From NCBI GenBank assembly GCA_027371755.1, contig DAHXLF010000003.1, positions 1 to 44,844 on the forward strand: DNA of 44,844 nt, read 5' to 3'. The translations under genes were made by a program, and so were the position numbers. The stretch is from Acidimicrobiales bacterium. GTDB taxonomy: Bacteria > Actinomycetota > Acidimicrobiia > Acidimicrobiales > JABEUL01. The notes below the pieces were generated by a model. It ran no database searches. It worked only from the letters and a program-made list of their open reading frames with translations, and was not told the origin of the DNA. Shown here in pieces: positions 1 to 8,865 of the stretch (position 1 is its first letter; the number at the start of each line of letters is the position of its first letter).

Positions 1-354
1 AAATCTTTTATAGGTATTACTGTTAAGTTGTTATTTGAAAATTCATTACAAAGGTCTTTTTGCAGTGTTGAATAATTGGAAAAACTTGTCATTGTTTTGC
101 TCACTGCATAAAGCTTAGACAAAATAAACAAATATATATAAAATCGAATATTAGAGTTGGGAAAATTTTAAAAAAATGCAGGAAAACGACGACGAAAAAG
201 GTGACGAAGCAGAACCGCATCTATCTCCGATATTGGAAAATATAGAAGGGTTTATGAATAAGGGTTCGGACGGTTTGAAGGACCTTCTAATCAAAAGGGG
301 GATAGACAGACTAGCCCGCTTAAACACGTACAAACTTTAACTAACAAAGAGTTT

Positions 355-582
355 ATGATTTATCCAGATATTAATCGCAGCGGAACTCCTGTGCTGTCGA
401 TACCGGCAAATTTAAATTTTAAATTTATGTACGGGAGTCGTTCTTTCCAAAAACATATTTCTCAAATCGAATCTTTAAATGCCGGTATAAAAATAGTTGA
501 AGACTTTAACTGGTCTTTTGACTTGGACACAAAGTTTGATCTTTTGAAGTACTATGACCTAAGTGAAAATTTAGAAAAATGA
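355..582 (+). pseudogene. C-terminal fragment of a CofC-like 2-phospho-L-lactate guanylyltransferase (F420 biosynthesis), 5'-truncated
   Basis: YPD...SGT, F.YGSRSF.KH and FDLDTKFDL resemble the CofC C-terminal half. The frame is closed upstream by TAA at 259-261. ATGA overlap with the next gene. Confidence 0.6.
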
Positions 583-1301
583 TCTCTTATGACTTAAATG
601 AAATTCCAAGCAGTATTTTGGCAATAGGGGCCCACCCGGATGACATCGAATTTAATGCTTTCGGCACGCTGGCAAAATGGGCAAGTGTCGGCAGCAAGAT
701 CGATATGGCAATAATGACCGACGGATCCAAAGGCTCTTGGGACCCGGATCAAAATATTGACGAATTAAAAGAAATCAGGCGCATTGAAGCAAAAATGGCC
801 GCAGATACAATCGGCGCCGATCTGCATTTTTTAAACTACGTCGACGGTGAACTTGAATTTAACAAAGATACCGTAAAGGCAATTGCAAAACTTATCAGGC
901 ACGTCAAACCTCAAATGGTTATAACGCACGACCCGTTCAAAAAATATAGGCTTCATCCAGATCATCGAAACTGCGGACAGATAGTATTGGATGCGATTGT
1001 CGCCGCTCGGGATCCCCACTTCTTAAAAGACCTTGGTATCTTACATCACAGACCACACAAGATATTACTTTTCGAACCCGAAGTTACGGACCACCTTGAA
1101 ACTATACAGGAGTTTATAAACACCAAAATAGAAGCTCTTCTAAAGCACAAAAGCCAGTATATAACCACGATGGATATAACTGACCCCGAAAACCCAACCC
1201 AAATTATGCGCTTTAAAAACTGGATTGATGAACTTGCACATTCTGCCGGTAACCCTATCGGTAAACCGGCAGAATGCTTTAAGTTAATTGATAAAGTCTA
1301 A
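579..1301 (+). CDS. PIG-L/LmbE family deacetylase (MshB/Mca-like)
   Basis: AHPDD and HPDH zinc-binding motifs; R..EA..AA..IG; K..AL..HKSQ. Confidence 0.9.
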   Translation: MISYDLNEIPSSILAIGAHPDDIEFNAFGTLAKWASVGSKIDMAIMTDGSKGSWDPDQNIDELKEIRRIEAKMAADTIGADLHFLNYVDGELEFNKDTVKAIAKLIRHVKPQMVITHDPFKKYRLHPDHRNCGQIVLDAIVAARDPHFLKDLGILHHRPHKILLFEPEVTDHLETIQEFINTKIEALLKHKSQYITTMDITDPENPTQIMRFKNWIDELAHSAGNPIGKPAECFKLIDKV

Positions 1302-1303
1302 AG

Positions 1304-1609
1304 CTACTTTTTCTTAGCTTTAGGCGCAGGCTTACGGCCGTTAAGGACATCCTTAAATGTTGAGCCTGCCGCAAATCTAACTCCCTTGGAAGCTGCAATT
1401 TTTCTTTTTTCTCCGGTTCTGGGGTTGACACCCATGCGAGCTGCTCTCTTGGTCGGGTGAAAGGTTCCGAATCCGGGAATGGTGGTCTTCTGACCTGACT
1501 TTGCTTCGATGACTACCGAATTCAAAACAACTTCCAGCGCACCTTCTGCCTGCTTTTTAGTCAAACCTGCACCTTCGGCTATCGCATTAACTAATTCTGT
1601 TTTATTCAC
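1304..1609 (-). CDS. hup: HU family histone-like DNA-binding protein with short basic tail
   Basis: MNKTELVNAIA...IPGFGTF...R.AR.G.NPRTGE; GTG start with AGGAGG RBS at 1615-1620. Confidence 0.95.
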   Translation of the reverse strand: MNKTELVNAIAEGAGLTKKQAEGALEVVLNSVVIEAKSGQKTTIPGFGTFHPTKRAARMGVNPRTGEKRKIAASKGVRFAAGSTFKDVLNGRKPAPKAKKK

Positions 1610-1637
1610 TAATACCTCCTATAGGACTAACTTAAAT

Positions 1638-1666
1638 AATTTAAGTAATTTTACAACTATAGTCAA
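1638..1666 (-). promoter_or_regulatory. sigma70-type promoter of HU gene
   Basis: Minus strand reads TTGACT-17 nt-TAAATT upstream of the RBS. Confidence 0.65.
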
Positions 1667-1706
1667 GTATTTAAGCCGATTTAAGTTATTAATAAAGAAA
1701 ATAGCC

Positions 1707-2963
1707 CTAAAGTCCGCGACTTATTTGGAGCTCTACTTTCTGTCCTCTAGATATTTCATTTATACTAACTTCGAGTTTTTTTAGTTCGTTAAGCTGCCTC
1801 AATGAAAAATTTGGTTCTTTCATAATTTCAAATTTGGATTTTCCCAACGGGCGCAGTTCGTCTTGAATATTAAACCTATTGCGATATATCTCTATCTGCG
1901 CTGCCGTTTTGGACCATTTTAAATAAGCACTTGGATCCGTAGGATGTTCGCCTATTAAGTCTTTTACATAGGTAGAGCAATCTTTTTTCTTATCGCTGTC
2001 TACTGTTCTATAGAACTGCGCATTATTCAAAAGATTCGCAGAACTTAATCCAAGTGTATTTAACTTTTGACACCAACTTTGCCTAAGGTCAACTAAATTA
2101 GAATCCAATCTTTTAGCCGGCCTTTGGTACTTGGGATCATATTGCGCTTTATTTTCCAAAAAATAGTTTAAGTTCTGGCTAAAATCTTTATTGCTATCAT
2201 TAAAAATTCCCAGAAGCTGCTGCCGACGCTTGGAAAACGCAAATATAGTTTTATCATCTATCCCTTTAATTTCAGCCAACCCGTAGCGGTATCTGTCCCA
2301 ATCGACTTGAAGATTTTTGGTAATTTCATTACGCAAAGAGACATGATAAATCGAACTGATATGTCGCTTCAGAATATAGGCGGTGTGAACATGGGCTGCA
2401 CTGAATCTTGAATCATAACCTTTTGCAATGTTAGCCATAACTACGTGGCTGTGAATATGGGGATCGTTTGATCTTGATGTCTTGTGATAAAATGACACTC
2501 CTAAGGCGCCGGTGGTTTTAAGGAAATGGCGTTGTCCGTCATAAGACCTTGAAACAAACATGCAATTTGCTGATACAAAATCCATTGCATTTGAAACCGA
2601 AAGTTGGTGAGCTTGCCTAATTGTTCGTTCGGTATCTGAATCCGTCATCATTGCCAACACGGAAACCGACTTCGGAGCCGAGAATACGAAATCAAATCCG
2701 GCAATCTTTTTTGCAGGTAGTTTATATTCCAACGGATCATTGGTAACGGGGTGAATTCCATTGATAAAGTCTTGGAACTGGGACAATTCAACCGATCCAT
2801 CTAATCCCAACAAATTCGTTGCCTGTTGCGTCCACTGCCCCCTGTCTTCTAAATCTAAGCTATGAGCTTTATCATTAAAATAATATGATTCGTGACCGAA
2901 TTTAAAACTGTTTATATTTAGCACGCAAATTTCATTACAAAAAAATCGATATTTTTTAGTCAT
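1707..2963 (-). CDS. MobF (TrwC-type) HUH relaxase without helicase domain; likely true start GTG at 2924
   Basis: N-terminal YY (GHESYY), G.W...A..LGL, motif II GFDFVFSAPKSVSVL, motif III H.TSR..DPHIHSH, and FSKRR. Only about 405-418 aa with no Walker motifs. Confidence 0.9.
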   Translation of the reverse strand: MTKKYRFFCNEICVLNINSFKFGHESYYFNDKAHSLDLEDRGQWTQQATNLLGLDGSVELSQFQDFINGIHPVTNDPLEYKLPAKKIAGFDFVFSAPKSVSVLAMMTDSDTERTIRQAHQLSVSNAMDFVSANCMFVSRSYDGQRHFLKTTGALGVSFYHKTSRSNDPHIHSHVVMANIAKGYDSRFSAAHVHTAYILKRHISSIYHVSLRNEITKNLQVDWDRYRYGLAEIKGIDDKTIFAFSKRRQQLLGIFNDSNKDFSQNLNYFLENKAQYDPKYQRPAKRLDSNLVDLRQSWCQKLNTLGLSSANLLNNAQFYRTVDSDKKKDCSTYVKDLIGEHPTDPSAYLKWSKTAAQIEIYRNRFNIQDELRPLGKSKFEIMKEPNFSLRQLNELKKLEVSINEISRGQKVELQISRGL

Positions 2964-3140
2964 GAAATCACATGAAATTACATATAATATATTATCAAAT
3001 TATTTTGCAGGTATAACCACTCCCAGAATTTAGAAGGCTCAAAAGGATTTAAATAAGCTCGTAAAGAGATTTGAATTTGCATTAGCGACAGATGCTGCCA
3101 GGTCTGCTGATAAAGTAGGTCTTTCCGATAAAACCTAGTT

Positions 3141-4241
3141 CTACTGATAAAGCTTAAGCAACCGCTTGGCAAGCTTCAAATCCAGCTCTTTGAACTCTTC
3201 GGGTTCAAGCACTTCGATTTTTTCGTGGCTAAGCATCAAGGCGGAAAACCATTGACGATCCGTTACAAATATTTCAAAGATTATTCGATCTTTTTTTTGC
3301 TCAACTATTTTATTAAAGGCAATAGCCTCTAAAAGCCACTTATGGTCTATGGGAATTGACAATACTACCCGAATCGCTTTTTCACTTGACGGGTTGTACG
3401 CTCTTTTTGAAATAGAGATCAGCTGATTTTTTATCTCTGGCGAATCCTTAAAAGTTTTACTTAAAATCGAAACAGACAGTATCCTTTCGTGTTTAAGAGT
3501 TTTCAAAACGTTATCTTTAGTGTCAACTGCGTAAAGATACCAATTTCCGTCAACGTATTTCTGCAAATAGGGTGCAACCTTTTTATCTGTCAGCGTGTCT
3601 GAATACTTTGAGAAATAACTCATATCGAGAAGTTTTTTATTATCGATAGCGATATCAATTTCATCGCTAAATTTAGGAGGGCGCATCTGAATCTTAAATG
3701 CATTTGTGGGAACCAAAAGTATCTTGTCTATGGCGGACTCCAATATGCCCGAGCCTGCAAATTTACTTATATTAGCCAATGTCTGTTTCAGCTGCTCCAA
3801 TATCATTAAATCTTGAAAATCGATAAAAACAGACTGGTTGAACTGAGCCGATATGTCCGCGGTCACCACCACTGATTCTAAGTCACCATCAAAGCTATCC
3901 ATGTCCAAATACGGCAAATCAATCTCAATATCCAACAGTGAATCGGGCGTAAATGGTTTAATCCCACAACAGGCGGCAAGTTCAAGGTCTCTTAATACAG
4001 TCAACGGATCCAACCCCAGTATTTGAGACAACTCACCTACCGTTGCCTGCCTGTGAACGGACAGATACTCCAACAGCGAAATCAAAATTCCTAATCTAGA
4101 TTCAATCGTCTTTGGATTCCTTGAAATCTTTTTTGCCACAGCCTTGGTTGCGTCAATCTGAGACCGAGCGTTTCCTTTATCTGTATTGACTTTTTTATCA
4201 GAAGACAATTTATCTTTATCGGAAATATTATTTGCCGGCAT
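3141..4241 (-). CDS. pafC: WYL-domain transcriptional regulator, PafC-like
   Basis: HTH (ATVGELSQILG...RDLEL..CCG..PF.PD.L.DI), GNWYL, C-terminal WCX-like region (VLEPEEF). Confidence 0.8.
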   Translation of the reverse strand: MPANNISDKDKLSSDKKVNTDKGNARSQIDATKAVAKKISRNPKTIESRLGILISLLEYLSVHRQATVGELSQILGLDPLTVLRDLELAACCGIKPFTPDSLLDIEIDLPYLDMDSFDGDLESVVVTADISAQFNQSVFIDFQDLMILEQLKQTLANISKFAGSGILESAIDKILLVPTNAFKIQMRPPKFSDEIDIAIDNKKLLDMSYFSKYSDTLTDKKVAPYLQKYVDGNWYLYAVDTKDNVLKTLKHERILSVSILSKTFKDSPEIKNQLISISKRAYNPSSEKAIRVVLSIPIDHKWLLEAIAFNKIVEQKKDRIIFEIFVTDRQWFSALMLSHEKIEVLEPEEFKELDLKLAKRLLKLYQ

Positions 4242-5214
4242 TTAACTTTCCGTTACTTTTGATTGATCTGCTTTTAGACTTGATATAGTCTTTAAGGTAT
4301 TTTTTCAGTCTGTCCCTTACAAACTCTGGCTCTATAATTTCTATACCGTCACCGAAACCCAAAATTTGGCTATAAAAATATTCGGATTCAACTGCTTCAA
4401 ATTCAACTTTAAGTCGATTCGAATCATGGCTCAAAATTAAATCTTGTCCAAATTCAGATATTATTGAATCCGCAAGAGTCTCATCGACGTAACACTTAAT
4501 CGATATTTTTTCTGAATCCATATCAGTGAAAAACATCAAATTTTCAGTTTGTATGGACTTTTCGTCCAACAATCTTAATTCGGCCTTAGTTAATTTAAAT
4601 TTGGATATAGCCGAATCGCTTATTCTGTCCACCTTAAAAAACTTAATTTGTCCTGAAGGTACTTCGCTGGCAATAAAATACCAAGCACCGTTTTTAAAGA
4701 GGACTCTAAGAGGTAGCACCTCTCGTACTTTTCCGGAGTATTTAAAAATAAACTTTTTCTTCTGGCGTACTGCGCCATAAATTTGAGCTATATTGGAATC
4801 CAATCTGACCACTGAAGAAACGTCAAGCAGCTTAAATGGCGTTATGTTACCGCCTTTTATATCAGCATCGTTATATTGGGTTACGAATTCTCCGCTTTTA
4901 ACCATATTTAGAGCAAACGCAATTAATTTTGACTCTTCAACGGTCAAAATTAAATTGCTTAAGTCACTTCTGTGGTCTTCGAGTTCGTAGCCAAACTTCT
5001 CAACGGTATCTACGGGAACAGTTTTTAGCTCAAAGCCAAAGTCCCTCAGAACTTGCTTATCGCGCATGAATACCTGCCTGCAGGTATTAAATAAGTTATC
5101 ATAGCTTGGGTAACCGTCCACCAAAGAGGTAACTTGTTTCAGTGTTAACGGAGTTTTTGCTTCTTTAAAGCAAAGCAACAGATTAGTTATCCGTTCAATT
5201 GAATCGCTTTTCAT
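4228..5214 (-). CDS. pafB: WYL-domain transcriptional regulator, PafB-like
   Basis: ERITNLLL...V.GY...F.RDK..LRD.G N-terminus typical of PafB; GAWYF and FKVDRI; overlaps pafC start by 14 bp. Confidence 0.8.
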   Translation of the reverse strand: MKSDSIERITNLLLCFKEAKTPLTLKQVTSLVDGYPSYDNLFNTCRQVFMRDKQVLRDFGFELKTVPVDTVEKFGYELEDHRSDLSNLILTVEESKLIAFALNMVKSGEFVTQYNDADIKGGNITPFKLLDVSSVVRLDSNIAQIYGAVRQKKKFIFKYSGKVREVLPLRVLFKNGAWYFIASEVPSGQIKFFKVDRISDSAISKFKLTKAELRLLDEKSIQTENLMFFTDMDSEKISIKCYVDETLADSIISEFGQDLILSHDSNRLKVEFEAVESEYFYSQILGFGDGIEIIEPEFVRDRLKKYLKDYIKSKSRSIKSNGKLNAGK

Positions 5215-5298
5215 ACCGTAGGAAACCGATCAAAACTATATTGACAAAACTAAGTTAAACATCTACTTATAAGCTGACCATGTTTTTGAAGGCTTAGC

Positions 5299-5622
5299 TT
5301 ATTCTCTCGGCCCCAAAACACGGTTGATCTCTTCTAAAGAAATTTCAGTAGTATTGGACTCACTACAGCGAGTACAAGGATCCTTGTGAATAAATGATTT
5401 CAACAACCGCGTACCGGACTCATTAAGTTGGACGACGAAAGACTTGCTCGACTCGTCAACATTAAGACCGAAATAAGGACGCCAGTCGGTTGACACATCC
5501 TCGGTTTCACCGGATAAATTTCGGATACGACGCTTGAACTCCATTGTCTGTGTATCAAATATCCAAACCGAGTTGCAAGACTCTATGGAAGTAACGTCAT
5601 TTTTTGATTGATCTGATTCCAT
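5299..5622 (-). CDS. hypothetical protein with C-terminal H-x3-C-x2-C motif
   Basis: 107-aa ORF with GGGAG RBS, protein-like composition, co-oriented with pafBC. Confidence 0.75.
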   Translation of the reverse strand: MESDQSKNDVTSIESCNSVWIFDTQTMEFKRRIRNLSGETEDVSTDWRPYFGLNVDESSKSFVVQLNESGTRLLKSFIHKDPCTRCSESNTTEISLEEINRVLGPRE

Positions 5623-5769
5623 AACTTCTCCCGCAAATAGTTTCCAACCAATACAGTTGGCTTAATAGCACTTTATATTGTGTATTTATTAAATGCTAAG
5701 CATCTTATATTACACAAGTATTTTAAATCACAATGTATCTTAAATGTTATATGTATCTCAGTTGTTATA

Positions 5770-6396
5770 TTAAATCGCCAAGTGGCCGCTTGCATGCAAA
5801 AGAACAAGCAGCACCGTAAGTACTACCATCCCCGCAAAAGCAATGTAGGGAAGCGACTCCGACAGAACATTATTGTGGTCATCTACCAAACCCTGGCTTC
5901 CAGCAAACTCTTTTGCTACCACTGACAATTTTTGAGCCAACACCTTAGCATCTTGCCCACGTAGTCTGAATTGATGACTCCGTCTGGCAGTGGCGACTAC
6001 CATCGAAGCGGCAACGGGATCCACCGGTGAATAGCGGTAATCTTCAACATATATATCTAACAGAGAATCCCACGGCAGCAGCTTAACCAGATCCCCCGAG
6101 GTTTTAAGAATGTTCAAACCGTTGGAGTCAAACTCGATATTCAATCCAGGAATTTCAACAATACCGACATCACCTTGCGTGAGCAGAGATACATTAGATA
6201 TTTGCAAACCGGAATCGTTAACGCCTTCTGGTTGTGCGGTCGTTTGGAATGCTTCTTCATGAGACATCGTAGATGAACCGCCCGACAAGTTTGCCGACGG
6301 AGGAATAGCAGCCGGTTGGGGGATTGCGGAATTAGGAGGGCCACCCAAACCACCGGGATTCTGACCCGTTTCAGGATTTTGCATATTATCTGTCAT
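5770..6396 (-). CDS. hypothetical membrane protein (Pro/Gly-rich N-terminus, beta-rich middle, C-terminal TM helix)
   Basis: AAGGAG RBS; hydrophobic C-terminus YIAFAGMVVLTVLLVLL. Confidence 0.75.
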   Translation of the reverse strand: MTDNMQNPETGQNPGGLGGPPNSAIPQPAAIPPSANLSGGSSTMSHEEAFQTTAQPEGVNDSGLQISNVSLLTQGDVGIVEIPGLNIEFDSNGLNILKTSGDLVKLLPWDSLLDIYVEDYRYSPVDPVAASMVVATARRSHQFRLRGQDAKVLAQKLSVVAKEFAGSQGLVDDHNNVLSESLPYIAFAGMVVLTVLLVLLHASGHLAI

Positions 6397-6726
6397 TTAA
6401 ATCGACTCCTTAAATCAATCCTACCAATAAAACCATAATAGTTCAACAATTTATTACCATTATTTAAACCTATAAAATCGCCACATTTTATTCACCACCC
6501 TTAACAGTCGGCATATTACTACTCTAAACTTAATACGGCGGAGACACTTGATCTAAAAATTCAGTAATTATTAAGTATATAAACTATACCAATACCACAT
6601 GTTTTGTCAAAATATCGCCCGAAAATTGGGAAATTTAGTTAAATAATCACTTTCAGCTTTACTGATTGGGAAAATAATTATAAAATTTATATTAATGCGT
6701 TGGTTCAAAAATCATAAAGTCCGACT

Positions 6727-6756
6727 CTTTTAGTTAAAGCTTAATTTAACTAAAAG
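6727..6756. repeat. 12-bp perfect inverted repeat in the divergent intergenic region
   Basis: CTTTTAGTTAAA-gcttaa-TTTAACTAAAAG. Confidence 0.7.
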
Positions 6757-7004
6757 GATTACAAGATTTTATTACACTTTTAAAACCCACACAGTTTAGC
6801 ATTTAAACGATTGAATTAATCTAAGCATAAATATAATAGGATTTTTTAAATAACCGGAAGTATTAAAACTTTTGATAATTTGCCAAAGCTTTTAGACAAG
6901 ATAAAGTTGCAGGCTAAGATCATAATTTACGGACATAATTATTTATCAATTTAAAAATACTGAAACTTTGGAAACACAAATAATAGAAAACTGAGAGGTT
7001 GTAG

Positions 7005-8111
7005 ATGGAAAAGACAGATTTAGACAGACTCTTAACACTTTTGGCCGACCTGGACGGATCGGACCTTCATTTAAAAGTCGGTTCGGAACCACGTATCAGA
7101 GTTAACGGTGACTTAAGAAAGATCCCTGGAGAAGAACCGCTGAGACCAACGGACACTTCCGCCGTCGCCGAAGCAATTATGCACCCCGATATTGCCATTA
7201 AGTTTCATCAAGACCACGAAGCCGACTTTGCTTACGGAGTATCTGGCCTCGGTAGATTCAGAGTAAATGCATTTAGACAGCGAGGATCTGTGGGAATGGT
7301 TTTCAGACGAGTTCGTCACACCGTTACAACAGTGGAAGATCTCGGACTGCCAGATGCAATAACTCAACTTTCGAATGAGCAAAGAGGGCTGATCTTGGTA
7401 ACAGGACCAACTGGAAGCGGTAAAACCACAACTTTGGCGGCAATGATCGATCACATAAACAAAACCCGTGAATGCCACATTATAACTATCGAAGATCCCA
7501 TTGAAGTTCTTCACCGCGACGAACTTGCCGCAATTAATCAGCGTGAGGTAGGCTTTGACACTTTAAGCTTCTTAAATGCCCTAAGGGCCAGCCTTCGTGA
7601 AGACCCTGACGTCATTTTAATCGGTGAGATGCGTGACGTAGAAACCGTACAGACAGCGTTGACCGCTGCTGAAACCGGTCACTTAGTTTTATCCACATTG
7701 CATACAATAGATGCAACCGAAACCATTAACCGTGTGATTGACTTTTTCCCGAGCTCACAGCAGCATCAGGTTAGGGTAACCCTGGCAGGAGCACTCAAAG
7801 GAACCGTGTGTCAAAGATTGGTTCCTACTCAAGACGGAAAAGGTCGAGTCCCCGCCGTAGAGGTAATGGTTGTAAACGGAAGAATTCAAAACTGCATTAT
7901 AGATCCCGATAAAACAGGTGAAATTGTCGAAATTATTCGAGAAGGCGACTACTACGGTATGATGACATTTGACCAAAGTTTGGCGGATTTGTTTGAAGAC
8001 GGAGTGATAGATCTGAGATCGGCAATGATGGCTGCATCCAACTCGCACGACTTGAGGGTTTTGTTACAAAACCGAGGTCTACTTGCCGTAGGTCAAACCT
8101 ACCAAAATTAA
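7005..8111 (+). CDS. pilT: type IV pilus retraction ATPase PilT/PilU family
   Basis: SDLHL, GPTGSGKTTT, TIEDPIE, LREDPDVILIGEMRD, AETGHLVLSTLH. Confidence 0.93.
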   Translation: MEKTDLDRLLTLLADLDGSDLHLKVGSEPRIRVNGDLRKIPGEEPLRPTDTSAVAEAIMHPDIAIKFHQDHEADFAYGVSGLGRFRVNAFRQRGSVGMVFRRVRHTVTTVEDLGLPDAITQLSNEQRGLILVTGPTGSGKTTTLAAMIDHINKTRECHIITIEDPIEVLHRDELAAINQREVGFDTLSFLNALRASLREDPDVILIGEMRDVETVQTALTAAETGHLVLSTLHTIDATETINRVIDFFPSSQQHQVRVTLAGALKGTVCQRLVPTQDGKGRVPAVEVMVVNGRIQNCIIDPDKTGEIVEIIREGDYYGMMTFDQSLADLFEDGVIDLRSAMMAASNSHDLRVLLQNRGLLAVGQTYQN

Positions 8112-8219
8112 ATATTTTTCGTGATCGATTCTGTCGGTACGATTGAATTCCTTAACGGCTAAACTCTAATACTTAGATTGATACTTCATGCAAATTGTTT
8201 AATTGAATAGGCCAAAAAG

Positions 8220-8837
8220 ATGACCGACGGCGAAAATATCGAAAAAAATAACAACATAAGCGGCGCTGGAAGCGTATGGGATGAACGCTATGCCAACAAC
8301 CCGTGGCCAACGGAGCCAAATGAATCACTGGTTGAATTAGCGCAATCGCTTTCTCCGAAAAAAGCTATCGATTTCGGATGCGGCACGGGAAGAAACAGTA
8401 TCTATCTTGCAAGTTTAGGCTGGGACGTAACAGGAGTGGACGGATCCGTAGTCGGTTTAGAAATTGCACAGCAGAAAGCCAAAGAAAATAATCTTAAACT
8501 CACAACTATTCATGCGGACTTAACTGATTTTGTCCCGAAGGAAAATTATTACGATCTGGCGGTAATGAGTTATATACATTTTGACAAACAGACTCTAAAG
8601 GGCGTCGTCACCAAGACAGTATCTTCGCTTGCAGCGGGTGGATATCTTTATATCGTAGGACACCATGTGAGTGACTTGGGTAAAACGGGTCCGCCGAGCC
8701 CAGAACTTCTTTACGAACTGAAAGACCTCGACAAAGTAGATAAAATTAACGTAATTACCCTGGCTGAGATAAAAAAAGATTACGAAGATGGTACTTTTAA
8801 CACCGATGTATTGCTTATCGGCACAAAAATCGGTTAA
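8220..8837 (+). CDS. class I SAM-dependent methyltransferase (TehB/TPMT-like)
   Basis: WDERY...PN; IDFGCGTGRN motif I; VTGVD.S. Confidence 0.88.
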   Translation: MTDGENIEKNNNISGAGSVWDERYANNPWPTEPNESLVELAQSLSPKKAIDFGCGTGRNSIYLASLGWDVTGVDGSVVGLEIAQQKAKENNLKLTTIHADLTDFVPKENYYDLAVMSYIHFDKQTLKGVVTKTVSSLAAGGYLYIVGHHVSDLGKTGPPSPELLYELKDLDKVDKINVITLAEIKKDYEDGTFNTDVLLIGTKIG

Positions 8838-8865
8838 ACATAATTAATGCCGCGACGGTTGTCGC

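Noticed and set aside
8132-8153. PafBC site upstream of the methyltransferase (TGTCGG-N10-TTCCTT)
   Set aside because: The -10 element lacks the conserved A; similar near-misses at about 3090 and 28233 are at chance level.
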